This document shows, piece by piece, positions 1 through 8,108 of a DNA stretch of 24,330 nt (positions are counted from its first letter, which is position 1; every line of letters begins with the position of its first letter). The stretch is from a virus (lineage: Duplodnaviria; Caudoviricetes). Made by a program: the position numbers and the translations under genes. The stretch covers positions 1-24,330 of IMG/VR virus record IMGVR_UViG_3300049472_000149; one strand, 5' to 3'. Under the pieces are notes generated by a model that searched no databases, had not been told where the DNA came from, and worked only from the letters and a program-made list of their open reading frames with translations.

Positions 1-2
1 GT

Positions 3-2072
3 GGGGGTAGTGGGGGTAGAGGCGGATTTGGATTCTTTGGGGGTATAGGAGGTGGCGCGATGTCGGCTGCGGGGCAGGTGGCGAGTGCTACCGGATTCGG
101 TGGTCTCACCGGATCGATGATGCGTTTCGGCTTGGTCGGAGGGGCCCTTGCGGCAGGAGTCGGTATCTACGACCACCTAACCGGAGCCGGACAAGACACC
201 AGACAGGCGCAGCTCCAGTATTCACTATCGGAACCCATCCTCAGACAGCAGAGGACGGCCCAAGCCCTGAGCCCCTTTGCTACTGGATATGCCAGAGTCA
301 GGCACGGTGATATCGCCTATGGAGTAGCTCAGAAGGCTGCCATGGCCGATGTCGAGGTAATGAATGCCGTAAAGAACAAGGAAAGAAAAACAGAACTCGC
401 CCTACTAAAATCAAAAATCACAGACGCCACTTTAGGCGGTCTCCGAGATAGAATTACCTCAGCAACTGGAGTCGGAGTGGCTACTGGAGCCGCAAGTATG
501 ATGACCAGAGATGTTCTGAAATTCGGATTCGGAGCATGGGCAGGAGGAAAGGCTTCAGATTTCTTCGGTCTCAAGGATGGCTCAAAGTCCATGATGGACG
601 ATTCCATGATTCAGCAATCGTCGATGTCGATGAGGAATATCAGGGAGCAGATAGCTCTGAAGTCGATTCCAGTAGATATGTCCTCCGAGACCCAGTCCAT
701 TACTGAAGCTAAATTAGCTCAGATGTCTCCTAGACTGAAGGAGATTATGAACAACATGTTGGCCAATTCCATGAGGGATACTCAGGTTGCCAGAGCTGGC
801 TTCATGGCTACAGGGCAATATACAGACAAAAAGACCGGAGAAATTAGAGATTATTCCCTAGAAAGACAAGAACGTCTATTGCGTAGAGGATACACCGAGG
901 AAGAACTTGCAGGGATGAGAGCCGGTCTCCATTCCAGTGCAGGCCACGCCTATATCAAATATGGCGACTACGCCATGGGTGCTAGAGCAGGAGGCATCGG
1001 CAATATCGGAGAACTCTACAAGGTTGGCGGAATCATGGGAGGCAGCGTAGATGCTGGACACGACTTCGTAAGAAATCTGGTACAGAAAAATATAGGCAGA
1101 GGAGGCCTCGATATCACCTCGGGTTCTGCCATGTTCGGTCGCATCGGTAACAGAGCCATGGAATTGGCTGGGGCCGGATATGGTACTGGAGACCTGTCTT
1201 CTTACATGAAGAACTTCTCCAATCTGGTATACGGCAGTGGCATGAGCACTCCCGAGCAGCAGGTCAGAGAGATGCAGTTGATTAATGGCACCGCATCAAA
1301 TCAAGGCCTTACCTCTGGTTCTACTGCTCCTCTGTATAAAGCAATTTCCGCAATGGCATCGATTAGTTCAGCTGGCGGATACGGAGCATTATCGGAATCG
1401 CTACAATCAACCCCCATCGAGATGCTACGCCAAATAGCTGGCGGAGGTGTCATTTCCGACACCCAAAAAGGGCTAGGGATGACGGCTGAAATTGCCAAGA
1501 AGTTCTTAGATAGATCTGTTGGTGGCGGACTTTTCAGCGAAATGCTGAGTACAAAGAACTTCGACTACGGCAAAGGTGAGACCTCGAAATATGTCGGACT
1601 GCTCCAGGGCCAGTATGGCATGGACTACAAAAAACTCCTTAACGACGAGACCGCAGGGCTTACCGGGGCGGCCAAAGCTAGGAGACAGAAGCAAATCATA
1701 GATTACCTGGCCCCTGCTGCTATCGGCGGGTCCAACGCTATATTTGAGACTCTTGTCGGAGACAAAGGCTTTAGCGAAATCAATGCCTCCGGGGCTCACG
1801 GTATAGGACCTAGAGGCCTTCAGAAAAAGGGTCTCGCCTCAGATGCCGACGAAAAGGCTAAAGACAACAAAGAGCTTGGTGCAAACTTCAATATGGTTGA
1901 CGATGCCATTAAAAACCGAGGAAGCATAGTAACAGGCAACGAGGCGGCATTTGGAGATTTATCGAAGAGTGTCGGAAAATTTGATTCATCGATTGAAAAG
2001 GTAGCAGCGGCTCTAGACCTACTGGCCAAGCATATATCGAAAGTGGCCGGGGCTCCGCAAAAAGCAAGATAA
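3..2072 (+). CDS. Tape-measure-like tail protein, C-terminal part (probably 5'-truncated by the window)
   Basis: The frame of the 60..2072 ORF is open back to position 3 (GGSGGRGGFGFFGGIGGGA-M). Gly/Ala/Met/Ser-rich, helical-looking sequence with hydrophobic Gly-rich stretches and an amphipathic C-terminus (FDSSIEKVAAALDLLAKHI); lies directly upstream of hub and spike genes, the usual tape-measure position. Confidence 0.65.
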   Translation, partial: GGSGGRGGFGFFGGIGGGAMSAAGQVASATGFGGLTGSMMRFGLVGGALAAGVGIYDHLTGAGQDTRQAQLQYSLSEPILRQQRTAQALSPFATGYARVRHGDIAYGVAQKAAMADVEVMNAVKNKERKTELALLKSKITDATLGGLRDRITSATGVGVATGAASMMTRDVLKFGFGAWAGGKASDFFGLKDGSKSMMDDSMIQQSSMSMRNIREQIALKSIPVDMSSETQSITEAKLAQMSPRLKEIMNNMLANSMRDTQVARAGFMATGQYTDKKTGEIRDYSLERQERLLRRGYTEEELAGMRAGLHSSAGHAYIKYGDYAMGARAGGIGNIGELYKVGGIMGGSVDAGHDFVRNLVQKNIGRGGLDITSGSAMFGRIGNRAMELAGAGYGTGDLSSYMKNFSNLVYGSGMSTPEQQVREMQLINGTASNQGLTSGSTAPLYKAISAMASISSAGGYGALSESLQSTPIEMLRQIAGGGVISDTQKGLGMTAEIAKKFLDRSVGGGLFSEMLSTKNFDYGKGETSKYVGLLQGQYGMDYKKLLNDETAGLTGAAKARRQKQIIDYLAPAAIGGSNAIFETLVGDKGFSEINASGAHGIGPRGLQKKGLASDADEKAKDNKELGANFNMVDDAIKNRGSIVTGNEAAFGDLSKSVGKFDSSIEKVAAALDLLAKHISKVAGAPQKAR

Positions 2073-4141
2073 TGAGGAAAGCTACTAGATACGACCTGTT
2101 GTCGGACTTCAGCAAACCGACCCCAGGATACATCTCGATGTCTCCGTCGTGGTGCGTCGCTGTTTTTGGCGAATCCGTACCTGTAACCTTCAGCCGTAAC
2201 GTCTACGACAGTTTGGATTCCGGTTCGGGTGGGATCATGGCTGGCGTCCAGTTGAGACCCGGACATCCTCTGATTTTGACTGACGAAGTGGTTCAGATGC
2301 AGATTTCCAATACAAAGCGGAATCACATCAAACAGATGAGTCTTTCTCTTAAGTCTGGAATCAATTTCCTCAACGCATCTGTCATGGCCCCGGGTGACTA
2401 TATCATGGCATGGTGCTGGAACAACGAGGAAGCTTCGGCTCCTATAATCGATAGAATAAAAGGACTGAAACCAGCTAACTATTGGAGTGACGGCCTCAAG
2501 TTTGTTGGGAAAGTCCACAATGTCAGGAAGTCGATAAGAGTAAATCCAGACGGTATCAAGGATGTTGATTATTCAGTTACTTGCCTAGGATTCGAGGAAC
2601 TCGAAACCCAATTCTTCTACGACCTGAACCTTGCGAGTTCTTCGTTTCAGACAAATATCCAAAAATTCATGGCTTCTGTCGGTCTAGAATGGACAAAGGT
2701 CTTTGGAGAGGCGGCGGCGGTAGCTGGTAGGATTCAGGACAATTCTGGTCTAATTATCGAGGCAATCATTGATGTCATCATAGGGAAAGGCATCGGATCT
2801 ATAGTCCAGGACACCATAGACGTTCCGGTTCCTGAATTCAATGGAGCGAGACCGAGAGTTGCGCCTCAGGCAAACAAAGAAGCCCCATACGCCTATTTAG
2901 TTCCCAAAGCCGTTGCCAGCGTTCTTGGTAGGGAGACAAAGGAATCGAAGGTTGCGTCGTATGCTGAGATCTTGGATTCTTTAATTGGCGTACAGAAATA
3001 TGGGAATCCCGATGGCAACCTACCTACTGCTTTCAGTCCATCGAACAGCAACTACGGCAGGGAGTTTACTCCTGGAAATATTTCAGACGACCACGACAAC
3101 TATAGCAGGGTCAGAATCAGAACAAAAGAACCAATTAAGGGCTCCTTTGTACCCGTGGAGCCGTCGTTTGTAAACAAGCCTTTGATTCAAATACTGCATC
3201 AGTATATCAATCCAGCGATCAACGAGATATATTGTGCATTAAAGGTCAATTCCACAGGATCTGTTGTTCCGACTATAGTTGCTAGACAGATTCCTTTTTC
3301 GACGAACGTCATCGAACAGGACCCTTTGTTCCCTTTGACTAGATTTATGGAACTGCCTCGATGGGTAGTAGACCCCACAATGGTGTCGAGTCTGGATATC
3401 GGAAGGTCCAATGCTACTCGCATCAATATGGTTCACGTCTACGGGTCTGCTCCGACCTCTGGAGTCAATGACAGCACCACACATCAGATGGTGAGATATC
3501 CTCCTATTTATGATACAGCAGACATCTCTAGGTCTGGAATAAAAGCCATGATGCGTACTGTTGATTGCAACATAATCGACAGCAAAAGAACCGATGCTAA
3601 GTCCTGGATGCGAGCAATAGCGGATTGGACCATGGGGAGCCATCTAACCCTCAATGGTACCATCGAGATGACTGGCGTCCAGTCTCCAATCGTAGAAGGC
3701 GACAACCTAGAATTTGAAGGCGTCGTCTACCACATCGAAGGCGTCAATCATACCTGTTCTATTGATGATTCCGGCAACAAGACATTTAAGACATCCGTAT
3801 CTCTTAGCAACGGGATGCCAATAGCTCCAGACGACCAAGTAGGAGACGACTTCCCGACCTATCCAGGTCTTCAGAACTCTAGGAAGAATAAACCTGTGGC
3901 ACCCAAAGCAGACGAAGCCTCTATATTCCCGGATCAAGACAATTCCTCAAATGATCCAGATTACAGAAGGAAGCACTACGAGCAGGACATCGACACCTCC
4001 TTGACCAATCCAGACCAAATAGATCCTCCAACCCTATCGAATCCAGAGAACTCGGAAAGAACTACAACGGCTTCTGGCAATGACGACTTCGCTGTCTCCG
4101 TAGACCCCGGACACACCACGGAATACAAGAAGGGTCACTAA
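2072..4141 (+). CDS. Baseplate hub protein (T4 gp27 / P2 gpD-like), 689 aa
   Basis: N-terminal strands 'KFVGKVHNVRKSI...YSVTCLGF' and C-terminal 'LNGTIEMTG..SPIVEGDNLEFEGVVYHIEGVNHTCSID...FKTSVSLSNG' fit the hub barrel pattern; located between tape measure and spike; TAATG-coupled on both sides. Confidence 0.75.
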   Translation: MRKATRYDLLSDFSKPTPGYISMSPSWCVAVFGESVPVTFSRNVYDSLDSGSGGIMAGVQLRPGHPLILTDEVVQMQISNTKRNHIKQMSLSLKSGINFLNASVMAPGDYIMAWCWNNEEASAPIIDRIKGLKPANYWSDGLKFVGKVHNVRKSIRVNPDGIKDVDYSVTCLGFEELETQFFYDLNLASSSFQTNIQKFMASVGLEWTKVFGEAAAVAGRIQDNSGLIIEAIIDVIIGKGIGSIVQDTIDVPVPEFNGARPRVAPQANKEAPYAYLVPKAVASVLGRETKESKVASYAEILDSLIGVQKYGNPDGNLPTAFSPSNSNYGREFTPGNISDDHDNYSRVRIRTKEPIKGSFVPVEPSFVNKPLIQILHQYINPAINEIYCALKVNSTGSVVPTIVARQIPFSTNVIEQDPLFPLTRFMELPRWVVDPTMVSSLDIGRSNATRINMVHVYGSAPTSGVNDSTTHQMVRYPPIYDTADISRSGIKAMMRTVDCNIIDSKRTDAKSWMRAIADWTMGSHLTLNGTIEMTGVQSPIVEGDNLEFEGVVYHIEGVNHTCSIDDSGNKTFKTSVSLSNGMPIAPDDQVGDDFPTYPGLQNSRKNKPVAPKADEASIFPDQDNSSNDPDYRRKHYEQDIDTSLTNPDQIDPPTLSNPENSERTTTASGNDDFAVSVDPGHTTEYKKGH

Positions 4142-5055
4142 TGGATATCATTCCTTCAATATTTGAGACCTCAGATGTCGGTATGTTTAACCGAACAAAC
4201 CCAAACCTGAGTAACGACTTGATGCGTGTCGGTGAGGTGGTCAAAGTCATCTATCCAGAAGACCCCGAATCAGTAACCTCTAAATTCATTGAATACAACG
4301 TCATGGTGCAGCACTCCGAAAACGGCACCGCTGTTACTAAGATCTATAACCACTGCATCCTGATCAACTCCCTTGGGTCAAAAGCAGATTCTTCCTACCA
4401 CACCTTAAGACCCAAAGACAGCCTACTGAAGTCCCCCGCAGAAACATCAGCCATCAAAGCTGGCTACGGGTCCAAGGTCTTGATTCTGTGCATCAACGGA
4501 AAGTCTCATGACGCCATCATCATCGGCGGCATCCGAGACGACTCTGATTCGGACAAAGGCAAAAAAGCAAAAGGCCATCACCTGAGCTGGGAGTTCAACG
4601 GCGTCCACATCGATATCAATGATGATGGCAGCTTCAGTCTCGAAAAGAAAGGGGCCACGAAGTCAGATGGCACCCAGGACCCGAAGACCCCAGAAGTCGC
4701 CAGACAGACCAAAATCAGTGTCGATTCAGATGGTAGCTTCAAAGTCAACACCAAGGATGACAAGCAAACCGTCATAATTGACAACAAGGCCGGAACCATC
4801 ACGGTCAAAGGTGACAAAAGACTGACCCTAAATGCCAAGAATATTGATATCGGTCAAGGAGCCGACGAATTCATGCTTCTCGGCAACACCACCGTAAAAA
4901 CTCTGGGGACCATTCTAGACGAGGTCTCAAAAATCAAAGTGGCAACATCAATGGGCACTTCGAGCCATCCCCTCAATGTTGTCAAGTTCAAGAAGATCAA
5001 ATCAAATCTGAACAAGCTGTTGTCTAAATTCATCAAAGTCAAGAAGAATCCATAA
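4141..5055 (+). CDS. Baseplate central spike protein (gpV / gp5 / gp138-like), 304 aa
   Basis: OB-fold-like N-terminus (MRVGEVVKVIYP...GSKVLILCINGKSHDAIIIGGI) followed by short beta-strand repeats (HIDINDDGSFSL, KISVDSDGSFKV, TVIIDNKAGTITV) typical of a trimeric beta-helix; follows the hub. Confidence 0.75.
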   Translation: MDIIPSIFETSDVGMFNRTNPNLSNDLMRVGEVVKVIYPEDPESVTSKFIEYNVMVQHSENGTAVTKIYNHCILINSLGSKADSSYHTLRPKDSLLKSPAETSAIKAGYGSKVLILCINGKSHDAIIIGGIRDDSDSDKGKKAKGHHLSWEFNGVHIDINDDGSFSLEKKGATKSDGTQDPKTPEVARQTKISVDSDGSFKVNTKDDKQTVIIDNKAGTITVKGDKRLTLNAKNIDIGQGADEFMLLGNTTVKTLGTILDEVSKIKVATSMGTSSHPLNVVKFKKIKSNLNKLLSKFIKVKKNP

Positions 5056-5540
5056 TGCCTCTGAGCCAGCAACAATTGGTTAGGAATCTGGAGTCATACT
5101 TCAAATCCAAGAACAAGACCGCCCAGGAATCTGGACAGCGCCTGGCCAGAGCCTATGCCACCTATGCCACTGCTGCCACCTCAAGCTGTACAGGGATGCC
5201 TCCTGTTCTGGCCGGTAAGGAACAAGCCCTCCGAGCAGCCCTGACATCAGCTTTCAAGACAGGAAAATCGGCGGCTCAGACAACAACAAAAATAGCGAAG
5301 GCCTTCGGGGCTTTCTGGGCTGGGGTCCCGTTTGGCCCCGGAGCTGCGGCACCAGTGATTCCTCCTCTAGTAGCCAAATTAGTAGCTATATCGTCTCTCA
5401 ATGCGTCAAAAGCGAAGAGGTCGAAAGAGATCTCAACAAAAGACCTCGCCAAGCAGTGGGGAAACGCCCTTCACGCCTGGACTACGACCTCTGTCATTGT
5501 CACCTATGTCAGCCCGCCTTGTGTCGGTCCAATTATTTAG
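5055..5540 (+). CDS. Small basic Ala-rich hypothetical virion protein, spike-associated, 161 aa
   Basis: TAATG-coupled to the spike gene; Ala/Lys-rich helical sequence; no PAAR motif recognisable. Confidence 0.6.
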   Translation: MPLSQQQLVRNLESYFKSKNKTAQESGQRLARAYATYATAATSSCTGMPPVLAGKEQALRAALTSAFKTGKSAAQTTTKIAKAFGAFWAGVPFGPGAAAPVIPPLVAKLVAISSLNASKAKRSKEISTKDLAKQWGNALHAWTTTSVIVTYVSPPCVGPII

Positions 5541-5544
5541 GTCG

Positions 5545-5552
5545 CAATCTTA
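5545..5552 (+). promoter_or_regulatory. Conserved intergenic motif CAATCTTA (putative late promoter / leaderless start signal)
   Basis: AATCTT at 5546-5551, 7 nt before ATG 5559; same motif in all four intergenic gaps of 14 nt or more. Confidence 0.6.
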
Positions 5553-5558
5553 AATCAG

Positions 5559-8090
5559 ATGAACGTCTCAGCAGCAGCCTCTATTGGAGGCTCAGTATCC
5601 AAGATATCGAAGAACGATACCATCAACAATGGTCCGATATCAATCGAGGGCCTCAGGGCTGAGGCTGCCGACAATAAAACGGAACGAGCCGATTTCGATT
5701 CGTTCTGGGTCCAAGAAGAGGTCGAGGCTTATCGGTGGGACAGGATGTTCCCCTACCAGTTCTTGATTGTTGAGGCCAGAGGAGAGGATTATGTATTGAC
5801 AGGGGACAGATTTACCCTTCCCGTACCTCCGGAGGCGTATTCAATCTCGATGCCTTTTGCGATTCAGGCCAGGGCGACTCTGGGTGGTATCGTAGAGGAA
5901 CACAACGGGGCTCCGTTCCGAATGATTAATCTCCGAGGGACCACTGGGTTCCTACCCGACAGAGGTAAGGCTCCTAGTCAAGACGGATTTAATCCTCTAC
6001 AGGCGGCGTTTGGCGGCACCATCCAGAGACTGAACACCATTACGGCAGACTTCAGCGCCACTATTGCAGCAGCCACCAATAAATCACCCCAGAATCCAAA
6101 TGTTCATATCGAAGATGACTTCAAGGAAGCCTACGATCTCTTCAAGACATCGGGATATCACCAGTTCAGGATGTTGCAGCGGTTTTTTGAGAAATATGCC
6201 GCTGTCAAAAAGACGAAGGCCGGACACAACTTGCGACTGGCGTTTGCGGTATGGAAAGATCAGGCCGTATATCTCGTAACGCCTCAGACATTTGAGGTCT
6301 CGAAGAATACAGGAAGTCCTCTGGAATATCAGTATTCAATCAGCCTCAAGGCCTGGAGAAGGGTCAGATTGAAGGCTACCACCTCAGGTGCCTTCAATGG
6401 GACCGTGAAGAGGAGGTCTCCGAACTTCCTGGCTGCTGCGTTGACCACGATCCAGAATGCGAGAAGAGTAATTCAGGGGGCCAATGCGCTTCCTGCCGCA
6501 ATAATCGGAGATGTCCGCCATCTCATCCTAGACCCCCTGAGACAGACTGCTTTGTTTTGTAAGGATGCTCTGGGTCTTGGCATGACCCTTGCAGACATCC
6601 CTATGACAGATGGTCCCTTTGCCGTCGCCTGGCGTCAGAGTGCTGCTGAATTCCAGACCTTGGTCAATGGTGTCAGGGCTGATGCCGCTGCTCTAAACAA
6701 TAAAGTAAAAAGGAACCTGGGACAGAAAAATGAATTCGACAGAACCCTCCCAACTCAAACATCGGCACGGGGAAGGCTGTCAAAGGCTCATCCTAGCCTT
6801 ACTCCCTTCCTGAAGCCAGACGATGCTAACTTCGACTACTTAAACGGTATCGACGTGTCTTCTCTCAGGTTGACTCCTGAACTCAAAAAAGCTGCCGATG
6901 ACGAGAGACAAAAGGCAGCAGCCTTGAAACCCTCATTTTTCTCTGATGCCAGAGATGCTATGAATCAAGCCGCTGCTGCTATCAGCAGAGCGGTGGGGGC
7001 CGGACATCCTACAGTAGATGCGACCTACGGACTGAGTGGTGATATCAAAAAGGCAGAACCCTCTCTGGCCGACTGGTCTGCGATGTTTGCTCTGAATGCA
7101 GCTGCCGAGGTCCTAGATGGGCTAGCGGCTTCGGCTCCTGAGGAAGACTCTGCTAGAAATCTCAAAATTGTCGCAATGCAGGGTTTGGCTAGGAAATCCG
7201 GTATCGCCTTTCAGACTCCGGTATCGAAATTTGCGATTCCGTTCCCTTATGGGGCCACTTTAGAATCCTTGGCCCTCCAATATCTAGGGGACCCCAACCG
7301 CTGGAATGAAATCGCAGCTTTAAACGGGCTGAGGTCCCCATATATCGACGAGGTCGGATTTGATCTCTACTTAGTTACCAATGGTGAAGGGTCCCAGGTC
7401 GTAGTTCCAAAATCAAACTACCTCTACGTCGGCCAGGTCGTCTATATCTGGAGCCAGGGAGCCAGAAGAACTTCCAGAACCATTACTTCGATCCGAGAGG
7501 TTGGAGATAATTTAGTCTTAGACCTCGACGGTTCACAAGACATGGATTCCTACAGAGTCAATGAATCTGCCAAGCTGTCGGCCTTTTTGCCGGATACCGT
7601 CAATTCCCAGGGATTGATCTATATCCCGAGTCAAGATGCCGCCGCAGATACTGGAGCCGTCACTAAATCGATTCCTGGGGTCAATGAATTCGACCCCATG
7701 ATAGCGGTTGGAGGTGTCGATTTATTGCTGGACTCCGATAATGACCTCGTCATAACTCCAGATGGTGATACCAGATGGAGCACTGGTCTAGCAAATATCA
7801 TTCAGGACACCAGGATCCAAATCGGGACCAAGAAAGGTTCCTTGTTGCAGCACCAGAGCTTTGGACTAGCTGTTGATGTCGGGATGTCAACAGCCGAAGC
7901 AGATCTCAGGTCTATTTCTGCCGAGATCAAGAAATCTCTAGCCGCGAACCCTGACTTCTCCAGAGTTGATGCCGTTGAGATCAGAAAGAACGGACCATCA
8001 ATGGATATTAATATATCGGTTGTGGTTTCTGGTACCGAACGTCCGGTGCCAATTAGTTATGGTGTCCGAGGAGATTTCCAGACCGCCTAA
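5559..8090 (+). CDS. Multi-domain baseplate protein: tube-initiator-like N-terminus, LysM-like domain, gp25/gpW-like C-terminus, 843 aa
   Basis: 'FTLPVPPEAYSISMP...TLGGIVEEHNGAPFRMINLRGTTG' and 'PLEYQYSISLKA' resemble tube-fold baseplate proteins; 'TLESLALQYLGDPNRWNEIAALNGLRSPYI' is a gpX/LysM-type motif; 'DLLLDSDNDLVITPDGD...GLANIIQ...GTKKGSLLQHQSFG...DPDF/NPDFSRV' style C-terminus is gp25-like; directly precedes baseplate J. Confidence 0.7.
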   Translation: MNVSAAASIGGSVSKISKNDTINNGPISIEGLRAEAADNKTERADFDSFWVQEEVEAYRWDRMFPYQFLIVEARGEDYVLTGDRFTLPVPPEAYSISMPFAIQARATLGGIVEEHNGAPFRMINLRGTTGFLPDRGKAPSQDGFNPLQAAFGGTIQRLNTITADFSATIAAATNKSPQNPNVHIEDDFKEAYDLFKTSGYHQFRMLQRFFEKYAAVKKTKAGHNLRLAFAVWKDQAVYLVTPQTFEVSKNTGSPLEYQYSISLKAWRRVRLKATTSGAFNGTVKRRSPNFLAAALTTIQNARRVIQGANALPAAIIGDVRHLILDPLRQTALFCKDALGLGMTLADIPMTDGPFAVAWRQSAAEFQTLVNGVRADAAALNNKVKRNLGQKNEFDRTLPTQTSARGRLSKAHPSLTPFLKPDDANFDYLNGIDVSSLRLTPELKKAADDERQKAAALKPSFFSDARDAMNQAAAAISRAVGAGHPTVDATYGLSGDIKKAEPSLADWSAMFALNAAAEVLDGLAASAPEEDSARNLKIVAMQGLARKSGIAFQTPVSKFAIPFPYGATLESLALQYLGDPNRWNEIAALNGLRSPYIDEVGFDLYLVTNGEGSQVVVPKSNYLYVGQVVYIWSQGARRTSRTITSIREVGDNLVLDLDGSQDMDSYRVNESAKLSAFLPDTVNSQGLIYIPSQDAAADTGAVTKSIPGVNEFDPMIAVGGVDLLLDSDNDLVITPDGDTRWSTGLANIIQDTRIQIGTKKGSLLQHQSFGLAVDVGMSTAEADLRSISAEIKKSLAANPDFSRVDAVEIRKNGPSMDINISVVVSGTERPVPISYGVRGDFQTA

Positions 8091-8093
8091 CCC

Positions 8094-8101
8094 CAATCTT
8101 T
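8094..8101 (+). promoter_or_regulatory. Conserved intergenic motif CAATCTTT
   Basis: AATCTT at 8095-8100, 8 nt before ATG 8109. Confidence 0.6.
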
Positions 8102-8108
8102 CGGGGAG

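Noticed and set aside
1-59. G-rich stretch as a G-quadruplex or regulatory repeat
   Set aside because: Explained by glycine codons in the open reading frame.
8091-8106. CCCC-AATCTTTC-GGGG hairpin as a terminator
   Set aside because: Only a 4-bp stem with no U-tract, and the other three motif copies lack such a stem.
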